NCBI GenBank assembly: GCA_001189155.1
Contig: LFCP01000004.1
Location: 1,998-65,997, forward strand
Reading direction: 5' to 3'
DNA: 64,000 nucleotides
Source: Parcubacteria bacterium C7867-006
Lineage (GTDB): Bacteria; Patescibacteriota; Minisyncoccia; Phycocordibacterales; DATDWN01
The notes under the pieces are model-generated. The model did no database searches. It was given only the letters and a program-made list of their open reading frames with translations, and was not told where the DNA came from. This document shows, piece after piece, positions 19,571 to 28,409 of this stretch. The position numbers and the translations under genes were made by a program. Numbering within the stretch: position 1 is the first letter of the stretch; each line of letters starts with the position of its first letter.

Positions 19571-20767
19571 ATGATAACTGAAAATAATAAAGCTTTCAAA
19601 GATATACCCTTAAAGATATATGAGCCCGAGTTTGGTTCTGAACTGACTAACATTATTATTGAACTAGAGAAGCTTCGTGTTAAAAAATTAGGTGGGCCCG
19701 TTCCACCTCATATATTTTTCCAATTAAAAGAAATTTTTCAAATGTTTGAGAGTCTTGGTTCTGCCAGAATAGAAGGAAATCGAACTACCTTGTCTGAATT
19801 TGTTGAAAAAATCATTGAGAATCCAACTAAAAAAACAAAAGACGACGGTCTTAAAGAAATTTATAATATTGATAATGCAATTCAATTTATAGAAAAGAAT
19901 GTTGATAGTAAAACAAATTTTAGCCGCTATTTTATTTCTGAAATTCATAAAATTTTGGTTGATGGGCTTACACCACCTCCAACGGGGGAGGGATCTAGGT
20001 ATCCTGGTCAATTTAGACCAGTAAACGTTACCATTAACAAGTCCTCCCTTATTTCACCCGAACATGTTCAGGTGCCAGAATATATGGAAGAGTTATTAGG
20101 GTTTGTGAATCAACCAAGAACATCTCAGTACCATCTTCTTGTAATGGCTTTAGCACATCATAGAATGGCATGGATTCATCCGTTTGATAATGGAAATGGA
20201 AGAATGGTTCGTATGTTTACCTATGCTCTTTTGATCAAACAAGGTTTTAAGGTTAAGAGTGGAAGAATTATTAATCCTACAGCAATTTTCTGTATGGATC
20301 GTAATAAGTACTATGAAAAATTAGCTCATGCAGATTCTGGAACGAGAGAAGGTGTTTTGGAATGGTGCACTTATGTATTAGAGGGGTTACGTTCAGAAAT
20401 AGAAAAAATAGATAATCTCTTAGATTTAAAATATATGACCAATACAATTCTTATACCTGCATTAGATTTTGCTTTAGAGAGAGAAAACATCACAAGACGG
20501 GAGTATGAAATACTGGTTTTTATTGTAAAAAATAAAGGTATGGAGATTCGCCCTATTGATCTAAAAAAAGCAATTGGAAAAGATAGTGTTGTTGAAAGAT
20601 CAAGAATATTAAAAAAGTTAAGAGATAAAAAAATGGTTGAGCCTATTGGTAAACAGAATGGGAGGATATACACTATAAGTTTTGCTAATAATTATCTATT
20701 AAGAGGTATTGCCCATGTGCTGGAGAAAAATGGCTTTGTCCCAGAATCTTTGAATAAGAAAGATTAA
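19571..20767 (+). CDS. Fic-domain protein with C-terminal wHTH-like region
   Basis: HPFDNGNGRMVR Fic motif; SARIEGN inhibitory-type motif. Confidence 0.92.
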   Translation: MITENNKAFKDIPLKIYEPEFGSELTNIIIELEKLRVKKLGGPVPPHIFFQLKEIFQMFESLGSARIEGNRTTLSEFVEKIIENPTKKTKDDGLKEIYNIDNAIQFIEKNVDSKTNFSRYFISEIHKILVDGLTPPPTGEGSRYPGQFRPVNVTINKSSLISPEHVQVPEYMEELLGFVNQPRTSQYHLLVMALAHHRMAWIHPFDNGNGRMVRMFTYALLIKQGFKVKSGRIINPTAIFCMDRNKYYEKLAHADSGTREGVLEWCTYVLEGLRSEIEKIDNLLDLKYMTNTILIPALDFALERENITRREYEILVFIVKNKGMEIRPIDLKKAIGKDSVVERSRILKKLRDKKMVEPIGKQNGRIYTISFANNYLLRGIAHVLEKNGFVPESLNKKD

Positions 20768-20980
20768 TTTTTTAGGGTAGGGGACTTCCCTATTGGGAAT
20801 AGGAAAAAATAAGGTTCCAGAAATTGGGTTCAGTGTGCATATTTCGGGGTAGGTAGATAGCACCACAAAAAGATTTGGAGGCAGATAAATTGGGGAGAGA
20901 AATACAAGAATCATTTAATCAAAAATTAAATTATTGAAATTATTAAAAATTATCTTTTTATAGTTTTGCCCCTCTAGAGG

Positions 20981-21008
20981 TATGTACAAAAGATATATTG
21001 TGCGACAC
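20981..21008 (-). other. Candidate dif-like Xer recombination site
   Basis: Minus strand GTGTCGCACAA-TATATC-TTTTGTACATA (11-6-11), resembling proteobacterial dif arms; lies at the + to - gene orientation switch. Confidence 0.45.
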
Positions 21009-21060
21009 GTATATAATCGCTCCCCTCTATAAAGATGATCAATAAAACATTCTTTGTATA

Positions 21061-21094
21061 AAACAAAAACCACCCTTGCGGATGGTTTTTGTTT
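21061..21094. terminator. Bidirectional intrinsic terminator
   Basis: AAACAAAAACCA/TGGTTTTTGTTT inverted repeat. Confidence 0.7.
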
Positions 21095-21128
21095 TTAAGT
21101 TTAGTTCTGATTATTCAGATAAGCTTGA

Positions 21129-21587
21129 TTATTGATTTATGGCTAAGTCTTTGTTTTCGTACTTACCCCAACAAGGCTTTGATGAAGCCCAAGGTCGTGT
21201 ACCTTCTCGCTCATACAAATCTCGAGCGTAGGCCACGTTACCTTCTAGTGTGTAGATGTTTATGTTCTTCTTTTGAGCTTGATCTAAGTGATAAAACTCA
21301 TTGATTTGCATAACACCAACATCAGCATTGTTAACAACTCCTCGGTGGATTTCTCCATCCGCATCTAGTTGTCTAAAATGTGACTCACATCTAGCAACCT
21401 GAATCATAATCGGAATGTCTGAGAAATATTGACGAACGTACTTTTCAGTAGACATCATATTATCAACATCTTCGTTAGATAACTTTCTTACGACTGATGA
21501 TTCTGTGACTGAATTTTCAAGCTTTGGAGTATCTTTGATCGCAATTGGACTGTTAACTCCACCTATGGCTGAAATAACCATGAACAA
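21129..21587 (-). CDS. Lysozyme-like/SLT transglycosylase domain protein
   Basis: ARCES catalytic Glu, GVMQIN, GTRPW; start uncertain (in-frame ATT at 21611). Confidence 0.75.
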   Translation of the reverse strand: MFMVISAIGGVNSPIAIKDTPKLENSVTESSVVRKLSNEDVDNMMSTEKYVRQYFSDIPIMIQVARCESHFRQLDADGEIHRGVVNNADVGVMQINEFYHLDQAQKKNINIYTLEGNVAYARDLYEREGTRPWASSKPCWGKYENKDLAINQ

Positions 21588-21887
21588 ACTGATCGCTGTG
21601 AAATTTAAAATAAGCTATTGTTAAGGTGTAATTCTATCGTAATGAAGGAAGTTAAGGACCGTTAAGGTTAGTTGGCTCCCTTCAAAGGAAAAACTCAGAC
21701 TTACTGAGTTGCTAATATACTAACATACTTACCCCCCTTCTGTCAAGATAAAACAACAAAATATGGCTCTTGTATAGGGCATAAAAACCCTTATTTATAG
21801 CCATATTATGTTAAATTTTACTAGACAAGATAATAGGCAAAAATGCAACCTTCCATGAAACTTTCTAACCTTTTTGTTTCTTGGGAG

Positions 21888-22382
21888 CTATAGGAAAGCT
21901 AGTAAGGCAAAAATGCCGACATTCCAGTAGAAAATCCTAGTTGCTGGGACAAATAATGAGTCTATAGAGCCAGAAAAGTTGTGAAATACATCATAATTAA
22001 CCGTACTGTATGAGAACATAACCATCAAAATCAGAGCTATCAATGCGAATCCACTGGTTCTTATGAGGTGTGAGGCTCCTGTGCTTATGGATTCAGAGAA
22101 TATGTAATAGTTCATTATTATACTCAAAGGTATAAAAATTATTAAAAATATACCTATTTTGTTTAAAACTAGTCCACTGTCTCCTTTTAGAAATAGAATT
22201 TTGTCTATAAAGGGTATGCTTGTATAGAGGACTGTTGCTGGGTAGTAGGCTAATATTAGGGAGATCATCTTCCCTCTTCCAAGGTAAAGTGTAAATATTA
22301 GAAACAATATAAAAGCTACAACAAAAAAGAGCATATCTCCTGAAAGGAAATGCCCTATTTGTGAAAGAGTGCTTGAAGCCAT
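21888..22382 (-). CDS. Multi-pass membrane hypothetical protein
   Basis: About five hydrophobic segments; TATAAT 6 nt before ATG. Confidence 0.75.
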   Translation of the reverse strand: MASSTLSQIGHFLSGDMLFFVVAFILFLIFTLYLGRGKMISLILAYYPATVLYTSIPFIDKILFLKGDSGLVLNKIGIFLIIFIPLSIIMNYYIFSESISTGASHLIRTSGFALIALILMVMFSYSTVNYDVFHNFSGSIDSLFVPATRIFYWNVGIFALLAFL

Positions 22383-22435
22383 ATTTAGATTATATGTAAA
22401 TATGGTTAATCAAACAATGACTTTCTCCCCAAATT

Positions 22436-23512
22436 CTATAGTCCTTCTTTTTTGAGGTCTTCTATTTTTTTACGCACATCTTTTGATAGTTTCTTTGGAA
22501 GATCAATATGAATTTTGATCAAGATGTCTCCTCTACTTCCTCGCTCTGATGGGACACCTTTACTTTTTATCCTTAGAATCTCTCCGTGAGAAACTCCTTC
22601 AGGGATTTTAACCTTGATTGCTCCGTCTAATGTGTTGATTGTTTGTTCCCCACCCAATAGGGCATCAGTAAGTTTAATTCCAAGATCCATGACTAGGTTT
22701 TGACCTTCTTTTTTGAAGATTGGATGTTTTTTAACATGGATTTTAATATACAAGTCTCCACTCTGCCCACCTGAGATGGCTTCACCTCCTCCAGATAGTC
22801 TGATCATCTCGCCATTCTCAATTCCTGAAGGAATTTTTACTTTTATTTCTGATTCTTTTTTGTATACACCGTGTCCATGACATGTACGACATTTAACTTT
22901 TGGAATTTTCCCACTTCCATGACAATTTTCACATACTGCATTTGTCTCAAATTGTCCAAAGAATGTTCTCTTCACCTCTCGTATGTTTCCCTTTCCGTTA
23001 CATGTATCACAAGTTACCATATCAGAACCTTTTTCCGCACCAGAGCCTCCACAAGTATCACACTTTGAAACCTTGTTTAGGAGAATAGTTCTTTCTACAC
23101 CGAATACAGATTCATCAAAGTTTAGCTCAATATCAACAGATATATCACGACCTCTCTTTGTCTGTCGTCTACCACCTCCACCAAATACATCTCCAAAGAT
23201 ATCACCAAAGTCGAATTCAAAACCTCCATTTGCACCTTGTGTAAACTGAGAGAAGTCAAAACCTTCAAAGCCTCCACTACCACCACCAAAACCGCCCATA
23301 TTTGGGCCAGCAGATCCGAACTGGTCATACTGAGCACGCTTCTGATCGTCAGATAACACTGAATACGCCTCGTTAATCTCTTTAAACTTGGCGTCATCGC
23401 CAGTTTTTTTGTCTGGATGGTACTTGTGCGCCAAAGTACGGAAAGCGCGTTTTATGTCGTCCTTTCCGGCTTTTTTATCTACACCAAGTATTTCGTAATA
23501 GTCTTTTTTCAT
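22436..23512 (-). CDS. dnaJ: Chaperone DnaJ
   Basis: HPD J-domain, G/F region, CxxCxGxG repeats. Confidence 0.97.
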   Translation of the reverse strand: MKKDYYEILGVDKKAGKDDIKRAFRTLAHKYHPDKKTGDDAKFKEINEAYSVLSDDQKRAQYDQFGSAGPNMGGFGGGSGGFEGFDFSQFTQGANGGFEFDFGDIFGDVFGGGGRRQTKRGRDISVDIELNFDESVFGVERTILLNKVSKCDTCGGSGAEKGSDMVTCDTCNGKGNIREVKRTFFGQFETNAVCENCHGSGKIPKVKCRTCHGHGVYKKESEIKVKIPSGIENGEMIRLSGGGEAISGGQSGDLYIKIHVKKHPIFKKEGQNLVMDLGIKLTDALLGGEQTINTLDGAIKVKIPEGVSHGEILRIKSKGVPSERGSRGDILIKIHIDLPKKLSKDVRKKIEDLKKEGL

Positions 23513-23599
23513 TAGTTTTTATTATAAGGTTTTGATGTTTTAAGTATACTTGACGACTTACAGTATAAATCGTAGTCTGATACCAGACTGGGAGGTCAC

Positions 23600-23803
23600 A
23601 TGAAGGTTAAGGTTGGTAATAACCACATGAGGGATGTCAGCTTTGCTGACGATCGATACGTGGACATCATCTCCATGGATGGAAGTATTTCCATCCGAGT
23701 GATCATCGAGAAAGACCAGGTCGTCATTACAGCAAGATCCGGTAGCATGGTTATTGAACATGACCGTGCCTACCCATCAGTTCGTGTCGAGAAGAAGGTG
23801 TGA
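23600..23803 (+). CDS. Small beta-rich hypothetical protein (GC-rich unit), antisense between dnaK and dnaJ
   Basis: TTGACG(23550-23555)-17-TAGTCT(23573-23578); SD GGAGGT; terminator directly after. Confidence 0.7.
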   Translation: MKVKVGNNHMRDVSFADDRYVDIISMDGSISIRVIIEKDQVVITARSGSMVIEHDRAYPSVRVEKKV

Positions 23804-23812
23804 GACTTTTCC

Positions 23813-23838
23813 ACGGCCGGCCAGATTTGGTCGGCCGT
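23813..23838. terminator. GC-rich hairpin
   Basis: ACGGCCGGCCA-GATT-TGGTCGGCCGT. Confidence 0.7.
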
Positions 23839-23847
23839 TCGTCGTTT

Positions 23848-25755
23848 CTATTTATTATCCTCTGACTTTTTTTCTTCAAAGTCAGCATCTCTAACTTTCT
23901 CATCCTTTGGAGCTTCACCTCCTGTTTGTCCTGCTTGAGCTTGCTCTTGGGAAGCTTTGTTTATTATCTCCCCTATTTTCTGTAATTCATTTGATAATTC
24001 AGTCGTCGCTTTCTTTATAGCATCCATATCTTCACCCTCTCGAGCTTTTTTAGCATCAGCTATTTTTGACTCGATAGAAGTCTTTAGATCTGCAGGAACT
24101 TTGTCCCCTGCATCTGTGAGTGACTTCTCAGCTGTATATATAAGTTGTTCTGCAATATTTTTTGCTTCAACTAAATCTTTTTTCTTCTGGTCATCAGCTG
24201 CATGAGCCTCTGCATCTTTCTGCATTTTCTCAATATCTTCTTTAGACAAACCTGATCGAGCCTCTATTCGGATAGATTGCTCTTTGCCAGTTGCTTTGTC
24301 TTTTGCTTTTACAGAAAGGATTCCATTTGCATCAACATCGAACATAACCTCCACCTGAGGCATACCTCGTGGTGCTGGTGGGATTCCGTCTAGAATAAAT
24401 CTACCAAGTGACTTGTTATCGCTCGCCATTGCTCGTTCACCTTGAACAATATGAATCTCTACAGATGTTTGGTTGTCTGCCGCTGTTGAGAAAACTTGTG
24501 AACGTGATGCTGGAATAGTCGTATTTCGCTCTACAAGCTTTGTAGCAACACCTCCCATAGTTTCGATACCTAGAGATAGCGGTATAACATCTAGAAGCAA
24601 TACGTCCTTTACATCTCCTGACATAATACCTCCTTGGATAGCAGCACCTAGGGCTACCACTTCGTCAGGGTTGATAGATTTGTTAGGCTCTTTTCCAAAG
24701 TACTCTTTTACTTTTTCTGCAATCTTTGGCATTCGAGTCTGTCCTCCAACTAGAATAACTTCATTTATCTGTGAGTTAGAGAAACCAGAAGCTTCCATGG
24801 CTCGTTTTGTGATTGCCATTGCTCGGTCGATAAACTCAGCGGTTAGTTCCTCAAGTTTAGCTCTAGATATTTTAATAAGTAGGTGTCGTGGACCAGAAGC
24901 ATCTGAAGTGATGAACGGAATGTTTACTTCTGACTCCATAGCTGTAGAAAGTTCAATCTTTGCTTTTTCTGCAGCTTCATCTAGTCGCTGTAGCGCTAGT
25001 GTGTCGCCTCGCAGGTCGATACCTGACTCCTTTTTGAACTCGTCAGCAAGGAAGTTTATGATTTTCTGATCAATATCTTTTCCTCCAAGGTGTGAGTCTC
25101 CGTCAGTAGACTTCACTTCGATAACAGAGTCACCAACTTCTAGTACAGAAACGTCAAATGTTCCACCTCCAAAGTCGAACACAACTATCTTCTCTTCTTT
25201 CTTTCCTTTGTCGAAACCGTATGCAAGAGCAGCTGCTGTTGGTTCATTTATGATTCTCAAAACCTCAAGTCCTGCGATAGCGCCAGCGTCTTTTGTTGCT
25301 TGTCTCTGTGAGTCGTTAAAGTATGCAGGTACGGTGATGATAGCCTGTGTGATTTTTTCTCCAACTTTAGCTTCAGCATCTGCTTTTAGTTTTGCAAGAA
25401 TCATTGCAGAGATTTCCTCTGGAGTTGAGTCTTTGTCACCAAGGTGAACTTGAACACCTCCTGTCGGAGCTTTCTTTACTTCAAAAGGCACGATACCTTT
25501 ATCTTTCTGAACTGCTTCATCGTCAAAAGTGTGACCAATGAATCTTTTAATTCCAAAAACTGTGTTTTTTGGATTTGTAACTGCTTGTCGTTTTGCCAAA
25601 AGACCCACAAGTCTTTCGCCTGTTTTTGAAACAGCAACAATAGATGGAGTAGTTCGAGCCCCTTCCGCATTTTCTAATATTTTAGGATTCCCTGCTTCCA
25701 TGATGGCAACAGCGGAATTTGTTGTACCTAAGTCTATACCTATGATCTTAGCCAT
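23848..25755 (-). CDS. dnaK: Chaperone DnaK
   Basis: [40 protein letters not shown]. Confidence 0.98.
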   Translation of the reverse strand: MAKIIGIDLGTTNSAVAIMEAGNPKILENAEGARTTPSIVAVSKTGERLVGLLAKRQAVTNPKNTVFGIKRFIGHTFDDEAVQKDKGIVPFEVKKAPTGGVQVHLGDKDSTPEEISAMILAKLKADAEAKVGEKITQAIITVPAYFNDSQRQATKDAGAIAGLEVLRIINEPTAAALAYGFDKGKKEEKIVVFDFGGGTFDVSVLEVGDSVIEVKSTDGDSHLGGKDIDQKIINFLADEFKKESGIDLRGDTLALQRLDEAAEKAKIELSTAMESEVNIPFITSDASGPRHLLIKISRAKLEELTAEFIDRAMAITKRAMEASGFSNSQINEVILVGGQTRMPKIAEKVKEYFGKEPNKSINPDEVVALGAAIQGGIMSGDVKDVLLLDVIPLSLGIETMGGVATKLVERNTTIPASRSQVFSTAADNQTSVEIHIVQGERAMASDNKSLGRFILDGIPPAPRGMPQVEVMFDVDANGILSVKAKDKATGKEQSIRIEARSGLSKEDIEKMQKDAEAHAADDQKKKDLVEAKNIAEQLIYTAEKSLTDAGDKVPADLKTSIESKIADAKKAREGEDMDAIKKATTELSNELQKIGEIINKASQEQAQAGQTGGEAPKDEKVRDADFEEKKSEDNK

Positions 25756-25799
25756 GAGTTTAATTTAATTAGTTAAGTTTTAATAAAAACGAAATCTAA

Positions 25800-26099
25800 T
25801 TAAAATGTTGGTGCTCTGGGTTTAGAACCTGAGAAATATAATATTTCAGAATATACAAAAGGACTTACTACTGCTTTATAAAAAGAGTTAAGTTTAGTTG
25901 AAACTTTGTTTGAAAAACCAACAAGAGACAGGACTTTTCCAGTGAGTTCTTTTACATCAATGTAAACAAAATCAACAAGTCTAGCTTTGATACGTCCTGC
26001 ATTTTCATATATAGCAAATCGTGCACGAACAAGTCGACCTTCTTTGTCTCGAAGGACTTTTTCAACTATATTACTTTGTGATTTAACTATCTGCTGCAT
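25800..26099 (-). CDS. Hypothetical protein between grpE and dnaK, ending PRAPTF
   Basis: ATG at 26099 directly after grpE stop; open to 25800. Confidence 0.65.
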   Translation of the reverse strand: MQQIVKSQSNIVEKVLRDKEGRLVRARFAIYENAGRIKARLVDFVYIDVKELTGKVLSLVGFSNKVSTKLNSFYKAVVSPFVYSEILYFSGSKPRAPTF

Positions 26100-26100
26100 T

Positions 26101-26688
26101 TTATTCAAAATGTCCCACTTTTACCTTTGGCGCCCTGATTTCCTTTCCGTTTAGTTCGTATCCAACCTGTACTACGTCGATTATTTTACCATCGTCTTTT
26201 TTGTCGTCAACTTTTATAGTTTCCACTGCTTCGTCTCTACTAGCATTATACATTTCTCCTAGTGGGTTTATTACCTTTAGAGCGTGGTTTCCAAGAACAT
26301 TCATCAGTTGTGAGTTGATATATTCAACCCCCACTCGCCAGTTTTTATCAACTTTTTCCCAAGCTTCTTTGTTTTTAAACGCAGACTCAAAAGAGTCGAG
26401 TACTGGAAGAAGTTCGGCAATAATATCTGCCTTAGCAAACTTTATGAACTCCTTTTTATCCTCCTCGTCTTTTTTTCGAAGGTTTACAAAGTCAGCTTTG
26501 TCTCTCTGCCACTTGTCCATGAGGTCGGCATTTTTCGCCTCAAGCTCCTTGATACGAGCTTTGAGTTTGTCGCTCTTGTCTTTCATCTCAGGAGCAAGAT
26601 TTTCTGACATGTCTTCAAAAGTGACATCGTCACCTGGGTCAGTATCTATCTCCTCTTCTAAGTCAATTTTGTTAAGTTCATCTGTCAT
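26101..26688 (-). CDS. grpE: Nucleotide exchange factor GrpE
   Basis: ADFVNLRKK, LLPVLDSF, GYELNGKEIRAPKVKV. Confidence 0.93.
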   Translation of the reverse strand: MTDELNKIDLEEEIDTDPGDDVTFEDMSENLAPEMKDKSDKLKARIKELEAKNADLMDKWQRDKADFVNLRKKDEEDKKEFIKFAKADIIAELLPVLDSFESAFKNKEAWEKVDKNWRVGVEYINSQLMNVLGNHALKVINPLGEMYNASRDEAVETIKVDDKKDDGKIIDVVQVGYELNGKEIRAPKVKVGHFE

Positions 26689-26778
26689 AGTTCGGCTATT
26701 TTAACACAATTTTTGAGCGATTCAAAATTATTGACAAAATATTAATTATATTTTACTGTGTCTACAGGGAGGAAGACT

Positions 26779-26973
26779 TTGAACATCATCATCACGAACA
26801 GAAGCAGCGACTACCACGCTGCAATTGAAGGAAGGCCTGAGATCTGGGGAAACGGCACAACTCCCCGAGAAGCCATCGGCAACCTCGTTCAATCGCACAA
26901 GGAGGTGTTCGGGATCACTGAGATCCAAAGCACAATACCAGCAATTGAGATCTACTCAACGCTAGTCGGCTAG
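26779..26973 (+). CDS. HicB N-terminal-like small protein (GC-rich unit)
   Basis: TTG start behind GGGAGG; YHAAIEGRPEIWGNGTTPREAIGNL resembles the HicB G-x-T-x-x-EA motif; TTGACA(26731-26736)-17-TACTGT; hairpin 26979-27020 plus T-tail. Confidence 0.6.
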   Translation: MNIIITNRSSDYHAAIEGRPEIWGNGTTPREAIGNLVQSHKEVFGITEIQSTIPAIEIYSTLVG

Positions 26974-27039
26974 TCATACCGTCATCGTGGCGGCGAATTA
27001 ATTGCCAGCACGATCGGCGGTTTTTTCGTATAAATATTA

Positions 27040-27295
27040 TCACTTTCCCCAATGAGGCGTGCAAAGCTTTTCAGACTTTGCTTCTTGGAAATACCACAGG
27101 AGTACTTCAAATTTCTAATCGCTTTGCTCAAGAAATTTTGGTCGCCCACGGTTTTCCAACGCTCACTATCGCTCACTGCCTTCCGACACAGGAGAGACCT
27201 TTCTCTCCCGACCCCACTCTCACCACAGTGGAGTAAACTAAACAAAAAATCCCTTTCGGGATTGTTTTGTTTTTAACGCTTACTCCACTGTGGTG
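27040..27295. repeat. Fold-back/multi-hairpin element downstream of rpsI
   Basis: CACCACAGTGGAGTAA (27221-27236) is the exact reverse complement of 27280-27295 inside rpsI, centred on terminator AATCCC-TTTC-GGGATT; further hairpins toward 27040. Confidence 0.75.
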
Positions 27296-27677
27296 CTTTT
27301 CTCGCTTTCTTCAGACCGAACTTTCTTCGTTCCTTAGCTCGTGGATCTCTTTTTAGATATCCTGCTTTCTTTAGAGTCTTTCGTAGTTCACCTGAGTGTT
27401 CTACTAGAGCTCGAGCAATACCGTGTCGTAGAGCTTCTGCCTGTGAGTGCATTCCTCCACCAACAATTTTAGCTGTAACTTTATATTTATCTTTTACTTC
27501 TCCATCAGTAAGGGGTTGCTTTATAAGGTTCTGCATTTCTGCAATTGGGAAATAACCCTCTAGATCCTTATCGTTTATTTCAAAAGTGTTTTTTGACGCA
27601 GGAGTAATTCGAACACGAGCAACGGCTGTTTTTCGTCGTCCTACTGTTTCTATGTATTTATCAGTTGTCTTTTCCAT
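27273..27677 (-). CDS. rpsI: 30S ribosomal protein S9
   Basis: GRRKTAVARV, RDPRAKERRKFG, QWSKR. Confidence 0.97.
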   Translation of the reverse strand: MEKTTDKYIETVGRRKTAVARVRITPASKNTFEINDKDLEGYFPIAEMQNLIKQPLTDGEVKDKYKVTAKIVGGGMHSQAEALRHGIARALVEHSGELRKTLKKAGYLKRDPRAKERRKFGLKKARKAPQWSKR

Positions 27678-27682
27678 ATTTA

Positions 27683-28027
27683 TTATTCAGTGATTGTTAG
27701 GTTGTTCATCATCTTCTGTCGAAGCTTATTCTTTGGAAGCATACCCCAAACAGCCTCTTTGAACAACTCTTTATTTCCGTGCTTTGCAGCTATCTGTCTA
27801 GCTGTAGGCTTTCGTAGTCCTCCTGGGTAACCAGAGTAGTAAGCGATAGTCTCTAGATCATACTTCTTGTCATAAATAGCAGCTTTTCCAGCGTTTTTGA
27901 TTTCAACCTTGACTTCAGGAATTGTGTTTCTAGCAAATGAAGTTAGATTTTTTCCCATTAAGTAAACAGCAGCTTGTGTAGCTATTCGTCCAACTTTTTT
28001 ATTTTCTGCATCTAGTACGTATTTCAT
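27683..28027 (-). CDS. rplM: 50S ribosomal protein L13 (short)
   Basis: LDAENKKVGRIAT, YSGYPGGL, GMLPKNKL; start MKYVLDA at 28027. Confidence 0.92.
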   Translation of the reverse strand: MKYVLDAENKKVGRIATQAAVYLMGKNLTSFARNTIPEVKVEIKNAGKAAIYDKKYDLETIAYYSGYPGGLRKPTARQIAAKHGNKELFKEAVWGMLPKNKLRQKMMNNLTITE

Positions 28028-28037
28028 ATGTTTATTT

Positions 28038-28385
28038 TTATACAAATTCAACTATCGCCATCAAACTTCCATCTGAAAGTCTTGCTGGAAGCTTTGTGAT
28101 TCTTGTGTAACCACCTTTTCTATCCATGTATTTTGGAGATATATCTTTTACGATTTTTGTTGCGGCTATTGATCCAACTTTTGAAACAAGAGCTCTTCGA
28201 GAAGCAACTGTTCCAGATCTTCCTTGAGTAACTAGTTTCTCAACGAAAGGTCGTAGTTCTCTAGCTTTTGCATCTGTAGTTTTTATTTTTCCATTAACAA
28301 CCAACGCCAAAGCAAGAGACTTCATAAGTCCAGATCTTACTTTTGTTACTCGTCCAAATTTTCTTTTTGCGTTGTGGTGTCTCAT
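28038..28385 (-). CDS. rplQ: 50S ribosomal protein L17
   Basis: MRHH, IKTTDAKAREL, GGYTRITK. Confidence 0.96.
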   Translation of the reverse strand: MRHHNAKRKFGRVTKVRSGLMKSLALALVVNGKIKTTDAKARELRPFVEKLVTQGRSGTVASRRALVSKVGSIAATKIVKDISPKYMDRKGGYTRITKLPARLSDGSLMAIVEFV

Positions 28386-28409
28386 ATCCGTAAATCTATA
28401 TTATTCTGT

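Noticed and set aside
20699-20914. 71-aa minus-strand ORF overlapping the fic end
   Set aside because: No recognisable motif or initiation signal; overlaps a real gene.
19528-21804. 14-bp direct repeat TTATTTATAGCCAT flanking the Fic and SLT genes as possible att sites
   Set aside because: AT-rich and short, encloses a resident-type gene, and no recombinase is nearby; may be chance.
21789-21816. TTATGTTAAAT, an exact E. coli XerD arm
   Set aside because: The partner arm (CCTTATTTATA) does not resemble a XerC site, and it overlaps an unrelated palindrome; the 20981-21008 candidate fits the 11-6-11 layout better.
26689-26760. CIRCE/HrcA regulation of grpE-dnaK
   Set aside because: No TTAGCACTC-N9-GAGTGCTAA motif and no hrcA seen.
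26982-27276. 87-aa and 74-aa ORFs downstream of rpsI
   Set aside because: They run through the hairpin/fold-back element and have no initiation signals or protein-like features.
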